Shown here piece after piece: positions 40,100-56,200 of a stretch of DNA of 64,000 nt. Every line of letters begins with the position of its first letter. The stretch's first letter is position 1. The DNA comes from Auanema rhodensis. Its lineage: Eukaryota > Animalia > Nematoda. Where the stretch lies: NCBI GenBank assembly GCA_964057225.1, contig OZ059895.1:21142001-21206000 (forward strand). The letters run 5' to 3'. The position numbers and the translations under genes were made by a program. The notes below the pieces were generated by a model. That model ran no database searches. It worked only from the letters and a program-made list of their open reading frames with translations, and was not told the DNA's origin.

Positions 40100-43000
40100 A
40101 ATTTATGCTAATTAAGTGTACACATGTTGTGCACTTGGTATGTAACTCGCTTCACGTCAAAGATAAAGAGATGCGGTTTTCAAAATTAGATTCCCCATGT
40201 CCATATTAGTCTAAAAACGAATTTTTATTGATATTGATGCATGGTAACCATGACTTTGAAATTTACGTGAACTTTAATTTATGCTTATTAAGTGTACACG
40301 TGATGTGCACTTGGTATGTAACTTGCTTCACGTGAAAGATAAAGGGATGCGGTTTTCAAAATTAGATTCCACATGTCCATATTAGTCTAAAAACAAATTT
40401 TTGTTGATATTGGTGGATGGTAACCATGACTTTGTAATTTACGTGAACTTTAATTTATGCTAATTAAGTGAACACATGATGTGCACTTGGTATGTAACTC
40501 GCTTCACGTGAAAGATAAAGGGATGCGGTTTTCAAAATTAGATTCCCCATGTCCATATTAGTCTAAAAACAAATTTTTATTAATATTGGTGCATGGTAAC
40601 CATGACTTTGAAATTTACGTGAACTTTAATTTATGCTAATTAAGTGTACACATGATGTGCGCTTGGTATGTAACTCGCTTCACGTGAAAGATAAAGAGAT
40701 GCGGTTTTCAAAATTAGATTCCCCATTTCCATATTAGTCTAAAAACAATATTTTATTGATATTGGTGCATGGCAACCATGACTTTAAAATTTACGTGAAC
40801 TTTAATTTATGCTAATTAAGTGTACACATGATGTGCACTTGGTATGTAACTCGCTTCACGTGAAAGATAAAGAGATGCGGTTTTCAAAATTAGATTCCCC
40901 ATGTCCATATTAGTCTAAAAACAAATTTTTATTAATATTGGTGCATGGTAACCATGACTTTAAAATTTACGTGAACTTTAATTTATGCTTATTAAGTGTA
41001 CACGTGATGTGCACTTGGTATGTAACTCGCTTCACGTGAAAGATAAAGAGATGCGGTTTTCAAAATTAGATTCCCCATGTCCATATTAGTCTAAAAACAA
41101 ATTTTTATTAATATTGGTGCATGGTAACCATGACTTTGAAATTTACGTGAACTTTAATTTATGCTAATTAAGTGTACACGTGATGTGCACTTGGTATGTA
41201 ACTCGCTTCACGTGAAAGATAAAGAGATGCGGTTTTCAAAATTAGATTCCTCATGTCCATATTAGTCTAAAAACGAATTTTTATTGATATTGATGCATGG
41301 TAACCATGACTTTGAAATTTACGTGAACTTTAATTTATGCTTATTAAGTGTACACATGATGTGCGCTTGGTATGTAACTCGCTTCACGTGAAAGATAAAG
41401 AGATGCGGTTTTCAAAATTAGATTCCCCATTTCCATATTAGTCTAAAAACAATATTTTATTGATATTGGTGCATGGCAACCATGACTTTAAAATTTACGT
41501 GAACTTTAATTTATGCTAATTAAGTGTACACATATTGTGCACTTGGTATGTAACTCGCTTCACGTCAAAGATAAAGAGATGCGGTTTTCAAAATTAGATT
41601 CCCCATGTCCATATTAGTCTAAAAACGAATTTTTATTGATATTGATGCATGGTAACCATGACTTTGAAATTTACGTGAACTTTAATTTATGCTTATTAAG
41701 TGTACACGTGATGTGCACTTGGTATGTAACTTGCTTCACGTGAAAGATAAAGGGATGCGGTTTTCAAAATTAGATTCCACATGTCCATATTAGTCTAAAA
41801 ACAAATTTTTGTTGATATTGGTGGATGGTAACCATGACTTTGTAATTTACGTGAACTTTAATTTATGCTATTTAAGTGTACACGTGATGTGCACTTGGTA
41901 TGTAACTCGCTTCACGTGAAAGATAAAGAGATGCGGTTTTCAAAATTAGATTCCTCATGTCCATATCAGTCTAAAAACGAATTTTTATTGATATTGATGC
42001 ATGGTAACCATGACTTTGAAATTTACGTGAACTTTAATTTATGCTAATTAAGTGTACACGTGATGTGCACTCGGTATGTAACTCGCTTCAAGTGAAATAT
42101 GAAGAGATGCGGTTTTCAAAATTAGATTCCCCATGTCCATATTAGTCTAAAAACAAATTTTTATTGATATTGGTGCTTGGTAACCATGACTTTGAAATTT
42201 ACGTGAACTTTAATTTATGCTTATTAAGTGTACACGTGATGTGCACTTGGTATGTAACTCGCTTCACGTGAAAGATAAAGGGATTCGGTTTTCAAAATTA
42301 GATTCCCCATGTCCATATTAGTCTAAAAACAAATTTTTATTAATATTGGTGCATGGTAACCATGACTTTGAAATTTACGTGAACTTTAATTTATGCTAAT
42401 TAAGTGTACACATGATGTGCGCTTGGTATGTAACTCGCTTCACGTGAAAGATAAAGAGATGCGGTTTTCAAAATTAGATTCCCCATTTCCATATTAGTCT
42501 AAAAACAATATTTTATTGATATTGGTGCATGGCAACCATGACTTTAAAATTTACGTGAACTTTAATTTATGCTAATTAAGTGTACACATGATGTGCACTT
42601 GGTATGTAACTCGCTTCACGTCAAAGATAAAGAGATGCGGTTTTCAAAATTAGATTCCCCATGTCCATATTAGTCTAAAAACAAATTTTTATTAATATTG
42701 GTGCATGGTAACCATGACTTTGAAATTTACGTGAACTTTAATTTATGCTAATTAAGTGTACACATGATGTGCGCTTGGTATGTAACTCGCTTCACGTGAA
42801 AGATAAAGAGATGCGGTTTTCAAAATTAGATTCCTCATGTCCATACTAGTCTAAAAACGAATTTTTATTGATATTGGTGGATGGTAACCATGACTTTGTA
42901 ATTTACGTGAACTTTAATTTATGCTAATTAAGTGTACACGTGATGTGCACTTGGTATGTAACTCGCTTCACGTGAAAGATAAAGAGATGCGGTTTTCAAA

Positions 43001-46000
43001 ATTAGATTCCTCATGTCCATATTAGTCTAAAAACGAATTTTCATTGATATTGATGCATGGTAACCATGACTTTGAAATTTACGTGAACTTTAATTTATGC
43101 TTATTAAGTGTACACATGATGTGCGCTTGGTATGTAACTCGCTTCACGTGAAAGATAAAGAGATGCGGTTTTCAAAATTAGATTCCTCATGTCCATATTA
43201 GTCTAAAAACGAATTTTTATTGATATTGATGCATGGTAACCATGACTTTGAAATTTACGTGAACTTTAATTTATGCTTATTAAGTGTACACGTGATGTGC
43301 ACTTGGTATGTAACTTGCTTCACGTGAAAGATAAAGGGATGCGGTTTTCAAAATTAGATTCCCCATGTCCATATTAGTCTAAAAACAAATTTTTGTTGAT
43401 ATTGGTGGATGGTAACCATGACTTTGAAATTTACGTGAACTTTAATTTATGCTAATTAAGTGTACACGTGATGTGCACTCGGTATGTAACTCGCTTCACG
43501 TGAAATATGAAGAGATGCGGTTTTCAAAATTAGATTCCCCATGTCCATATTAGTCTAAAAACAAATTTTTATTAATATTGGTGCTTGGTAACCATGACTT
43601 TGAAATTTACGTGAACTTTAATTTATGCTAATTAAGTGAACACATGATGTGCACTTGGTATGTAACTCGCTTCACGTGAAAGATAGAGAGATGCGGTTTT
43701 CAAAATAGATTCCCCATGTCCATATTAGTCTAAAAACGAATTTTTATTGATATTGATTCATGGTAACCATGACTTTGAAAATTACGTGAACTTTAATTTA
43801 TGCTAATTAAGTGAACACATGATGTGCACTTGGTATGTAACTCGCTTCACGTGAAAGATAAAGGGATGCGGTTTTCAAAAGTAGATTCCCCATGTCCATA
43901 TTAGTCTAAAAACAAATTTTTATTAATATTGGTGCATGGTAACCATGACTTTGAAATTTACGTGAACTTTAATTTATGCTAATTAAGTGTACACATGATG
44001 TGCGCTTGGTATGTAACTCGCTTCACGTGAAAGATAAAGAGATGCGGTTTTCAAAATTAGATTCCCCATTTCCATATTAGTCTAAAAACAATATTTTATT
44101 GATATTGGTGCATGGCAACCATGACTTTAAAATTTACGTGAACTTTAATTTATGCTAATTAAGTGTACACATGTTGTGCACTTGGTATGTAACTCGCTTC
44201 ACGTCAAAGATAAAGAGATGCGGTTTTCAAAATTAGATTCCCCATGTCCATATTAGTCTAAAAACGAATTTTTATTGATATTGATGCATGGTAACCATGA
44301 CTTTGAAATTTACGTGAACTTTAATTTATGCTTATTAAGTGTACACGTGATGTGCACTTGGTATGTAACTTGCTTCACGTGAAAGATAAAGGGATGCGGT
44401 TTTCAAAATTAGATTCCACATGTCCATATTAGTCTAAAAACAAATTTTTGTTGATATTGGTGGATGGTAACCATGACTTTGTAATTTACGTGAACTTTAA
44501 TTTATGCTAATTAAGTGAACACATGATGTGCACTTGGTATGTAACTCGCTTCACGTGAAAGATAAAGGGATGCGGTTTTCAAAATTAGATTCCCCATGTC
44601 CATATTAGTCTAAAAACAAATTTTTATTAATATTGGTGCATGGTAACCATGACTTTGAAATTTACGTGAACTTTAATTTATGCTAATTAAGTGAACACAT
44701 GATGTGCACTTGGTATGTAACTCGCTTCACGTGAAAGATAAAGGGATGCGGTTTTCAAAATTAGATTCCCCATGTCCATATTAGTCTAAAAACAAATTTT
44801 TATTAATATTGGTGCATGGTAACCATGACTTTGAAATTTACGTGAACTTTAATTTATGCTAATTAAGTGTACACATGATGTGCGCTTGGTATGTAACTCG
44901 CTTCACGTGAAAGATAAAGAGATGCGGTTTTCAAAATTAGATTCCCCATTTCCATATTAGTCTAAAAACAATATTTTATTGATATTGGTGCATGGCAACC
45001 ATGACTTTAAAATTTACGTGAACTTTAATTTATGCTAATTAAGTGTACACATGTTGTGCACTTGGTATGTAACTCGCTTCACGTCAAAGATAAAGAGATG
45101 CGGTTTTCAAAATTAGATTCCCCATGTCCATATTAGTCTAAAAACGAATTTTTATTGATATTGATGCATGGTAACCATGACTTTGAAATTTACGTGAACT
45201 TTAATTTATGCTTATTAAGTGTACACGTGATGTGCACTTGGTATGTAACTTGCTTCACGTGAAAGATAAAGGGATGCGGTTTTCAAAATTAGATTCCACA
45301 TGTCCATATTAGTCTAAAAACAAATTTTTGTTGATATTGGTGGATGGTAACCATGACTTTGTAATTTACGTGAACTTTAATTTATGCTAATTAAGTGAAC
45401 ACATGATGTGCACTTGGTATGTAACTCGCTTCACGTGAAAGATAAAGGGATGCGGTTTTCAAAATTAGATTCCCCATGTCCATATTAGTCTAAAAACAAA
45501 TTTTTATTAATATTGGTGCATGGTAACCATGACTTTGAAATTTACGTGAACTTTAATTTATGCTAATTAAGTGTACACATGATGTGCGCTTGGTATGTAA
45601 CTCGCTTCACGTGAAAGATAAAGAGATGCGGTTTTCAAAATTAGATTCCCCATTTCCATATTAGTCTAAAAACAATATTTTATTGATATTGGTGCATGGC
45701 AACCATGACTTTAAAATTTACGTGAACTTTAATTTATGCTAATTAAGTGTACACATGATGTGCACTTGGTATGTAACTCGCTTCACGTGAAAGATAAAGA
45801 GATGCGGTTTTCAAAATTAGATTCCCCATGTCCATATTAGTCTAAAAACAAATTTTTATTAATATTGGTGCATGGTAACCATGACTTTAAAATTTACGTG
45901 AACTTTAATTTATGCTTATTAAGTGTACACGTGATGTGCACTTGGTATGTAACTCGCTTCACGTGAAAGATAAAGAGATGCGGTTTTCAAAATTAGATTC

Positions 46001-49000
46001 CCCATGTCCATATTAGTCTAAAAACAAATTTTTATTAATATTGGTGCATGGTAACCATGACTTTGAAATTTACGTGAACTTTAATTTATGCTAATTAAGT
46101 GTACACGTGATGTGCACTTGGTATGTAACTCGCTTCACGTGAAAGATAAAGAGATGCGGTTTTCAAAATTAGATTCCTCATGTCCATATTAGTCTAAAAA
46201 CGAATTTTTATTGATATTGATGCATGGTAACCATGACTTTGAAATTTACGTGAACTTTAATTTATGCTTATTAAGTGTACACATGATGTGCGCTTGGTAT
46301 GTAACTCGCTTCACGTGAAAGATAAAGAGATGCGGTTTTCAAAATTAGATTCCCCATTTCCATATTAGTCTAAAAACAATATTTTATTGATATTGGTGCA
46401 TGGCAACCATGACTTTAAAATTTACGTGAACTTTAATTTATGCTAATTAAGTGTACACATATTGTGCACTTGGTATGTAACTCGCTTCACGTCAAAGATA
46501 AAGAGATGCGGTTTTCAAAATTAGATTCCCCATGTCCATATTAGTCTAAAAACGAATTTTTATTGATATTGATGCATGGTAACCATGACTTTGAAATTTA
46601 CGTGAACTTTAATTTATGCTTATTAAGTGTACACGTGATGTGCACTTGGTATGTAACTTGCTTCACGTGAAAGATAAAGGGATGCGGTTTTCAAAATTAG
46701 ATTCCACATGTCCATATTAGTCTAAAAACAAATTTTTGTTGATATTGGTGGATGGTAACCATGACTTTGTAATTTACGTGAACTTTAATTTATGCTATTT
46801 AAGTGTACACGTGATGTGCACTTGGTATGTAACTCGCTTCACGTGAAAGATAAAGAGATGCGGTTTTCAAAATTAGATTCCTCATGTCCATATCAGTCTA
46901 AAAACGAATTTTTATTGATATTGATGCATGGTAACCATGACTTTGAAATTTACGTGAACTTTAATTTATGCTAATTAAGTGTACACGTGATGTGCACTCG
47001 GTATGTAACTCGCTTCAAGTGAAATATGAAGAGATGCGGTTTTCAAAATTAGATTCCCCATGTCCATATTAGTCTAAAAACAAATTTTTATTGATATTGG
47101 TGCTTGGTAACCATGACTTTGAAATTTACGTGAACTTTAATTTATGCTTATTAAGTGTACACGTGATGTGCACTTGGTATGTAACTCGCTTCACGTGAAA
47201 GATAAAGGGATTCGGTTTTCAAAATTAGATTCCCCATGTCCATATTAGTCTAAAAACAAATTTTTATTAATATTGGTGCATGGTAACCATGACTTTGAAA
47301 TTTACGTGAACTTTAATTTATGCTAATTAAGTGTACACATGATGTGCGCTTGGTATGTAACTCGCTTCACGTGAAAGATAAAGAGATGCGGTTTTCAAAA
47401 TTAGATTCCCCATTTCCATATTAGTCTAAAAACAATATTTTATTGATATTGGTGCATGGCAACCATGACTTTAAAATTTACGTGAACTTTAATTTATGCT
47501 AATTAAGTGTACACATGATGTGCACTTGGTATGTAACTCGCTTCACGTCAAAGATAAAGAGATGCGGTTTTCAAAATTAGATTCCCCATGTCCATATTAG
47601 TCTAAAAACAAATTTTTATTAATATTGGTGCATGGTAACCATGACTTTGAAATTTACGTGAACTTTAATTTATGCTAATTAAGTGTACACATGATGTGCG
47701 CTTGGTATGTAACTCGCTTCACGTGAAAGATAAAGAGATGCGGTTTTCAAAATTAGATTCCTCATGTCCATACTAGTCTAAAAACGAATTTTTATTGATA
47801 TTGGTGGATGGTAACCATGACTTTGTAATTTACGTGAACTTTAATTTATGCTAATTAAGTGTACACGTGATGTGCACTTGGTATGTAACTCGCTTCACGT
47901 GAAAGATAAAGAGATGCGGTTTTCAAAATTAGATTCCTCATGTCCATATTAGTCTAAAAACGAATTTTCATTGATATTGATGCATGGTAACCATGACTTT
48001 GAAATTTACGTGAACTTTAATTTATGCTTATTAAGTGTACACATGATGTGCGCTTGGTATGTAACTCGCTTCACGTGAAAGATAAAGAGATGCGGTTTTC
48101 AAAATTAGATTCCTCATGTCCATATTAGTCTAAAAACGAATTTTTATTGATATTGATGCATGGTAACCATGACTTTGAAATTTACGTGAACTTTAATTTA
48201 TGCTTATTAAGTGTACACGTGATGTGCACTTGGTATGTAACTTGCTTCACGTGAAAGATAAAGGGATGCGGTTTTCAAAATTAGATTCCCCATGTCCATA
48301 TTAGTCTAAAAACAAATTTTTGTTGATATTGGTGGATGGTAACCATGACTTTGAAATTTACGTGAACTTTAATTTATGCTAATTAAGTGTACACGTGATG
48401 TGCACTCGGTATGTAACTCGCTTCACGTGAAATATGAAGAGATGCGGTTTTCAAAATTAGATTCCCCATGTCCATATTAGTCTAAAAACAAATTTTTATT
48501 AATATTGGTGCTTGGTAACCATGACTTTGAAATTTACGTGAACTTTAATTTATGCTAATTAAGTGAACACATGATGTGCACTTGGTATGTAACTCGCTTC
48601 ACGTGAAAGATAGAGAGATGCGGTTTTCAAAATAGATTCCCCATGTCCATATTAGTCTAAAAACGAATTTTTATTGATATTGATTCATGGTAACCATGAC
48701 TTTGAAAATTACGTGAACTTTAATTTATGCTAATTAAGTGAACACATGATGTGCACTTGGTATGTAACTCGCTTCACGTGAAAGATAAAGGGATGCGGTT
48801 TTCAAAAGTAGATTCCCCATGTCCATATTAGTCTAAAAACAAATTTTTATTAATATTGGTGCATGGTAACCATGACTTTGAAATTTACGTGAACTTTAAT
48901 TTATGCTAATTAAGTGTACACATGATGTGCGCTTGGTATGTAACTCGCTTCACGTGAAAGATAAAGAGATGCGGTTTTCAAAATTAGATTCCCCATTTCC

Positions 49001-49850
49001 ATATTAGTCTAAAAACAATATTTTATTGATATTGGTGCATGGCAACCATGACTTTAAAATTTACGTGAACTTTAATTTATGCTAATTAAGTGTACACATG
49101 TTGTGCACTTGGTATGTAACTCGCTTCACGTCAAAGATAAAGAGATGCGGTTTTCAAAATTAGATTCCCCATGTCCATATTAGTCTAAAAACGAATTTTT
49201 ATTGATATTGATGCATGGTAACCATGACTTTGAAATTTACGTGAACTTTAATTTATGCTTATTAAGTGTACACGTGATGTGCACTTGGTATGTAACTTGC
49301 TTCACGTGAAAGATAAAGGGATGCGGTTTTCAAAATTAGATTCCACATGTCCATATTAGTCTAAAAACAAATTTTTGTTGATATTGGTGGATGGTAACCA
49401 TGACTTTGTAATTTACGTGAACTTTAATTTATGCTAATTAAGTGAACACATGATGTGCACTTGGTATGTAACTCGCTTCACGTGAAAGATAAAGGGATGC
49501 GGTTTTCAAAATTAGATTCCCCATGTCCATATTAGTCTAAAAACAAATTTTTATTAATATTGGTGCATGGTAACCATGACTTTGAAATTTACGTGAACTT
49601 TAATTTATGCTAATTAAGTGTACACATGATGTGCGCTTGGTATGTAACTCGCTTCACGTGAAAGATAAAGAGATGCGGTTTTCAAAATTAGATTCCCCAT
49701 TTCCATATTAGTCTAAAAACAATATTTTATTGATATTGGTGCATGGCAACCATGACTTTAAAATTTACGTGAACTTTAATTTATGCTAATTAAGTGTACA
49801 CATGATGTGCACTTGGTATGTAACTCGCTTCACGTCAAAGATAAAGAGAT
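40100..49850 (+). repeat. 28-monomer (4927-bp) tandem duplication
   Basis: ATGCTATTT at 41865/46792, ATTCGG at 42283/47210 and the G of AAAAGTAG at 43881/48808 are all 4927 bp apart. Ends are approximate. Confidence 0.85.
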
Positions 49851-52800
49851 GCGGTTTTCAAAATTAGATTCCCCATGTCCATATTAGTCTAAAAACGAAT
49901 TTTTATTGATATTGATTCATGGTAACCATGACTTTGAAAATTACGTGAACTTTAATTTATGCTAATTAAGTGAACACATGATGTGCACTTGGTATGTAAC
50001 TCGCTTCACGTGAAAGATAAAGGGATGCGGTTTTCAAAAGTAGATTCCCCATGTCCATATTAGTCTAAAAACAAATTTTTATTAATATTGGTGCATGGTA
50101 ACCATGACTTTGAAATTTACGTGAACTTTAATTTATGCTAATTAAGTGTACACATGATGTGCGCTTGGTATGTAACTCGCTTCACGTGAAAGATAAAGAG
50201 ATGCGGTTTTCAAAATTAGATTCCCCATTTCCATATTAGTCTAAAAACAATATTTTATTGATATTGGTGCATGGCAACCATGACTTTAAAATTTACGTGA
50301 ACTTTAATTTATGCTAATTAAGTGTACACATGTTGTGCACTTGGTATGTAACTCGCTTCACGTCAAAGATAAAGAGATGCGGTTTTCAAAATTAGATTCC
50401 CCATGTCCATATTAGTCTAAAAACGAATTTTTATTGATATTGATGCATGGTAACCATGACTTTGAAATTTACGTGAACTTTAATTTATGCTTATTAAGTG
50501 TACACGTGATGTGCACTTGGTATGTAACTTGCTTCACGTGAAAGATAAAGGGATGCGGTTTTCAAAATTAGATTCCACATGTCCATATTAGTCTAAAAAC
50601 AAATTTTTGTTGATATTGGTGGATGGTAACCATGACTTTGTAATTTACGTGAACTTTAATTTATGCTAATTAAGTGAACACATGATGTGCACTTGGTATG
50701 TAACTCGCTTCACGTGAAAGATAAAGGGATGCGGTTTTCAAAATTAGATTCCCCATGTCCATATTAGTCTAAAAACAAATTTTTATTAATATTGGTGCAT
50801 GGTAACCATGACTTTGAAATTTACGTGAACTTTAATTTATGCTAATTAAGTGTACACATGATGTGCGCTTGGTATGTAACTCGCTTCACGTGAAAGATAA
50901 AGAGATGCGGTTTTCAAAATTAGATTCCCCATTTCCATATTAGTCTAAAAACAATATTTTATTGATATTGGTGCATGGCAACCATGACTTTAAAATTTAC
51001 GTGAACTTTAATTTATGCTAATTAAGTGTACACATGATGTGCACTTGGTATGTAACTCGCTTCACGTCAAAGATAAAGAGATGCGGTTTTCAAAATTAGA
51101 TTCCCCATGTCCATATTAGTCTAAAAACAAATTTTTATTAATATTGGTGCATGGTAACCATGACTTTGAAATTTACGTGAACTTTAATTTATGCTAATTA
51201 AGTGTACACATGATGTGCGCTTGGTATGTAACTCGCTTCACGTGAAAGATAAAGAGATGCGGTTTTCAAAATTAGATTCCCCATTTCCATATTAGTCTAA
51301 AAACAATATTTTATTGATATTGGTGCATGGCAACCATGACTTTAAAATTTACGTGAACTTTAATTTATGCTAATTAAGTGTACACATGTTGTGCACTTGG
51401 TATGTAACTCGCTTCACGTCAAAGATAAAGAGATGCGGTTTTCAAAATTAGATTCCCCATGTCCATATTAGTCTAAAAACGAATTTTTATTGATATTGAT
51501 GCATGGTAACCATGACTTTGAAATTTACGTGAACTTTAATTTATGCTTATTAAGTGTACACGTGATGTGCACTTGGTATGTAACTTGCTTCACGTGAAAG
51601 ATAAAGGGATGCGGTTTTCAAAATTAGATTCCACATGTCCATATTAGTCTAAAAACAAATTTTTGTTGATATTGGTGGATGGTAACCATGACTTTGTAAT
51701 TTACGTGAACTTTAATTTATGCTAATTAAGTGAACACATGATGTGCACTTGGTATGTAACTCGCTTCACGTGAAAGATAAAGGGATGCGGTTTTCAAAAT
51801 TAGATTCCCCATGTCCATATTAGTCTAAAAACAAATTTTTATTAATATTGGTGCATGGTAACCATGACTTTGAAATTTACGTGAACTTTAATTTATGCTA
51901 ATTAAGTGTACACATGATGTGCGCTTGGTATGTAACTCGCTTCACGTGAAAGATAAAGAGATGCGGTTTTCAAAATTAGATTCCCCATTTCCATATTAGT
52001 CTAAAAACAATATTTTATTGATATTGGTGCATGGCAACCATGACTTTAAAATTTACGTGAACTTTAATTTATGCTAATTAAGTGTACACATGATGTGCAC
52101 TTGGTATGTAACTCGCTTCACGTCAAAGATAAAGAGATGCGGTTTTCAAAATTAGATTCCCCATGTCCATATTAGTCTAAAAACGAATTTTTATTGATAT
52201 TGATTCATGGTAACCATGACTTTGAAAATTACGTGAACTTTAATTTATGCTAATTAAGTGAACACATGATGTGCACTTGGTATGTAACTCGCTTCACGTG
52301 AAAGATAAAGGGATGCGGTTTTCAAAAGTAGATTCCCCATGTCCATATTAGTCTAAAAACAAATTTTTATTAATATTGGTGCATGGTAACCATGACTTTG
52401 AAATTTACGTGAACTTTAATTTATGCTAATTAAGTGTACACATGATGTGCGCTTGGTATGTAACTCGCTTCACGTGAAAGATAAAGAGATGCGGTTTTCA
52501 AAATTAGATTCCCCATTTCCATATTAGTCTAAAAACAATATTTTATTGATATTGGTGCATGGCAACCATGACTTTAAAATTTACGTGAACTTTAATTTAT
52601 GCTAATTAAGTGTACACATGTTGTGCACTTGGTATGTAACTCGCTTCACGTCAAAGATAAAGAGATGCGGTTTTCAAAATTAGATTCCCCATGTCCATAT
52701 TAGTCTAAAAACGAATTTTTATTGATATTGATGCATGGTAACCATGACTTTGAAATTTACGTGAACTTTAATTTATGCTTATTAAGTGTACACGTGATGT

Positions 52801-52999
52801 GCACTTGGTATGTAACTTGCTTCACGTGAAAGATAAAGGGATGCGGTTTTCAAAATTAGATTCCACATGTCCATATTAGTCTAAAAACAAATTTTTGTTG
52901 ATATTGGTGGATGGTAACCATGACTTTGTAATTTACGTGAACTTTAATTTATGCTAATTAAGTGAACACATGATGTGCACTTGGTATGTAACTTGCTTC

Positions 53000-55900
53000 A
53001 CGTGAAAGATAAAGGGATGCGGTTTTCAAAATTAGATTCCCCATGTCCATATTAGTCTAAAAACAAATTTTTATTAATATTGGTGCATGGTAACCATGAC
53101 TTTGAAATTTACGTGAACTTTAATTTATGCTAATTAAGTGTACACATGATGTGCGCTTGGTATGTAACTCGCTTCACGTGAAAGATAAAGAGATGCGGTT
53201 TTCAAAATTAGATTCCCCATTTCCATATTAGTCTAAAAACAATATTTTATTGATATTGGTGCATGGCAACCATGACTTTAAAATTTACGTGAACTTTAAT
53301 TTATGCTAATTAAGTGTACACATGATGTGCACTTGGTATGTAACTCGCTTCACGTCAAAGATAAAGAGATGCGGTTTTCAAAATTAGATTCCCCATGTCC
53401 ATATTAGTCTAAAAACAAATTTTTATTAATATTGGTGCATGGTAACCATGACTTTGAAATTTACGTGAACTTTAATTTATGCTAATTAAGTGTACACATG
53501 ATGTGCGCTTGGTATGTAACTCGCTTCACGTGAAATATGAAGAGATGCGGTTTTCAAAATTAGATTCCCCATGTCCATATTAGTCTAAAAACAAATTTTT
53601 ATTAATATTGGTGCTTGGTAACCATGACTTTGAAATTTACGTGAACTTTAATTTATGCTAATTAAGTGAACACATGATGTGCACTTGGTATGTAACTCGC
53701 TTCACGTGAAAGATAGAGAGATGCGGTTTTCAAAATAGATTCCCCATGTCCATATTAGTCTAAAAACGAATTTTTATTGATATTGATTCATGGTAACCAT
53801 GACTTTGAAAATTACGTGAACTTTAATTTATGCTAATTAAGTGAACACATGATGTGCACTTGGTATGTAACTCGCTTCACGTGAAAGATAAAGAGATGTG
53901 GTTTTCAAAATAGATTCCCCATGTCCATATTAGTCTAAAAACGAATTTTTATTGATATTGATTCATGGTAACCATGACTTTGAAAATTACGTGAACTTTA
54001 ATTTATGCTTATTAAGTGTACACGTGATGTGCACTTGGTATGTAACTCGCTTCACGTGAAAGATAAAAGGATGCGGTTTTCAAAATTAGATTCCCCATGT
54101 CCATATTAGTCTAAAAACAAATTTTTATTAATATTGGTGCATGGTAACCATGACTTTGAAATTTACGTGAACTTTAATTTATGCTAATTAAGTGTACACA
54201 TGATGTGCGCTTGGTATGTAACTCGCTTCACGTGAAAGATAAAGAGATGCGGTTTTCAAAATTAGATTCCCCATGTCCATATTAGTCTAAAAACAAATTT
54301 TTGTTGATATTGGTGGATGGTAACCATGACTTTGTAATTTACGTGAACTTTAATTTATGCTAATTAAGTGTACACGTGATGTGCACTTGGTATGTAACTC
54401 GCTTCACGTGAAAGATAAAGAGATGCGGTTTTCAAAATTAGATTCCTCATGTCCATATTAGTCTAAAAACGAATTTTCATTGATATTGATGCATGGTAAC
54501 CATGACTTTGAAATTTACGTGAACTTTAATTTATGCTTATTAAGTGTACACATGATGTGCGCTTGGTATGTAACTCGCTTCACGTGAAAGATAAAGGGAT
54601 GCGGTTTTCAAAATTAGATTCCCCATGTCCATATTAGTCTAAAAACAAATTTTTATTAATATTGGTGCATGGTAACCATGACTTTGAAATTTACGTGAAC
54701 TTTAATTTATGCTAATTAAGTGTACACATGATGTGCGCTTGGTATGTAACTCGCTTCACGTGAAAGATAAAGAGATGCGGTTTTCAAAATTAGATTCCCC
54801 ATTTCCATATTAGTCTAAAAACAATATTTTATTGATATTGGTGCATGGCAACCATGACTTTAAAATTTACGTGAACTTTAATTTATGCTAATTAAGTGTA
54901 CACATGATGTGCACTTGGTATGTAACTCGCTTCACGTCAAAGATAAAGAGATGCGGTTTTCAAAATTAGATTCCCCATGTCCATATTAGTCTAAAAACAA
55001 ATTTTTATTAATATTGGTGCATGGTAACCATGACTTTGAAATTTACGTGAACTTAAATTTATGCTAATTAAGTGTACACATGATGTGCGCTTGGTATGTA
55101 ACTCGCTTCACGTGAAATATGAAGAGATGCGGTTTTCAAAATTAGATTCCCCATGTCCATATTAGTCTAAAAACAAATTTTTATTAATATTGGTGCTTGG
55201 TAACCATGACTTTGAAATTTACGTGAACTTTAATTTATGCTAATTAAGTGAACACATGATGTGCACTTGGTATGTAACTCGCTTCACGTGAAAGATAGAG
55301 AGATGCGGTTTTCAAAATAGATTCCCCATGTCCATATTAGTCTAAAAACGAATTTTTATTGATATTGATTCATGGTAACCATGACTTTGAAAATTACGTG
55401 AACTTTAATTTATGCTAATTAAGTGAACACATGATGTGCACTTGGTATGTAACTCGCTTCACGTGAAAGATAAAGAGATGTGGTTTTCAAAATAGATTCC
55501 CCATGTCCATATTAGTCTAAAAACGAATTTTTATTGATATTGATTCATGATAACCATGACTTTGAAAATTACGTGAACTTTAATTTATGCTTATTAAGTG
55601 TACACGTGATGTGCACTTGGTATGTAACTCGCTTCACGTGAAAGATAAAGGGATGCGGTTTTCAAAATTAGATTCCCCATGTCCATATTAGTCTAAAAAC
55701 AAATTTTTATTAATATTGGTGCATGGTAACCATGACTTTGAAATTTACGTGAACTTTAATTTATGCTAATTAAGTGTACACATGATGTGCGCTTGGTATG
55801 TAACTCGCTTCACGTGAAAGATAAAGAGATGCGGTTTTCAAAATTAGATTCCCCATGTCCATATTAGTCTAAAAACAAATTTTTGTTGATATTGGTGGAT

Positions 55901-56200
55901 GGTAACCATGACTTTGTAATTTACGTGAACTTTAATTTATGCTAATTAAGTGTACACGTGATGTGCACTTGGTATGTAACTCGCTTCACGTGAAAGATAA
56001 AGAGATGCGGTTTTCAAAATTAGATTCCTCATGTCCATATTAGTCTAAAAACGAATTTTCATTGATATTGATGCATGGTAACCATGACTTTGAAATTTAC
56101 GTGAACTTTAATTTATGCTTATTAAGTGTACACATGATGTGCGCTTGGTATGTAACTCGCTTCACGTGAAAGATAAAGAGATGCGGTTTTCAAAATTAGA
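53000..56200 (+). repeat. 9-monomer (1582-bp) tandem duplication
   Basis: TGAAATATG at 53531/55113. Each copy carries two consecutive 175-bp monomers (9x176-2). Confidence 0.8.
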
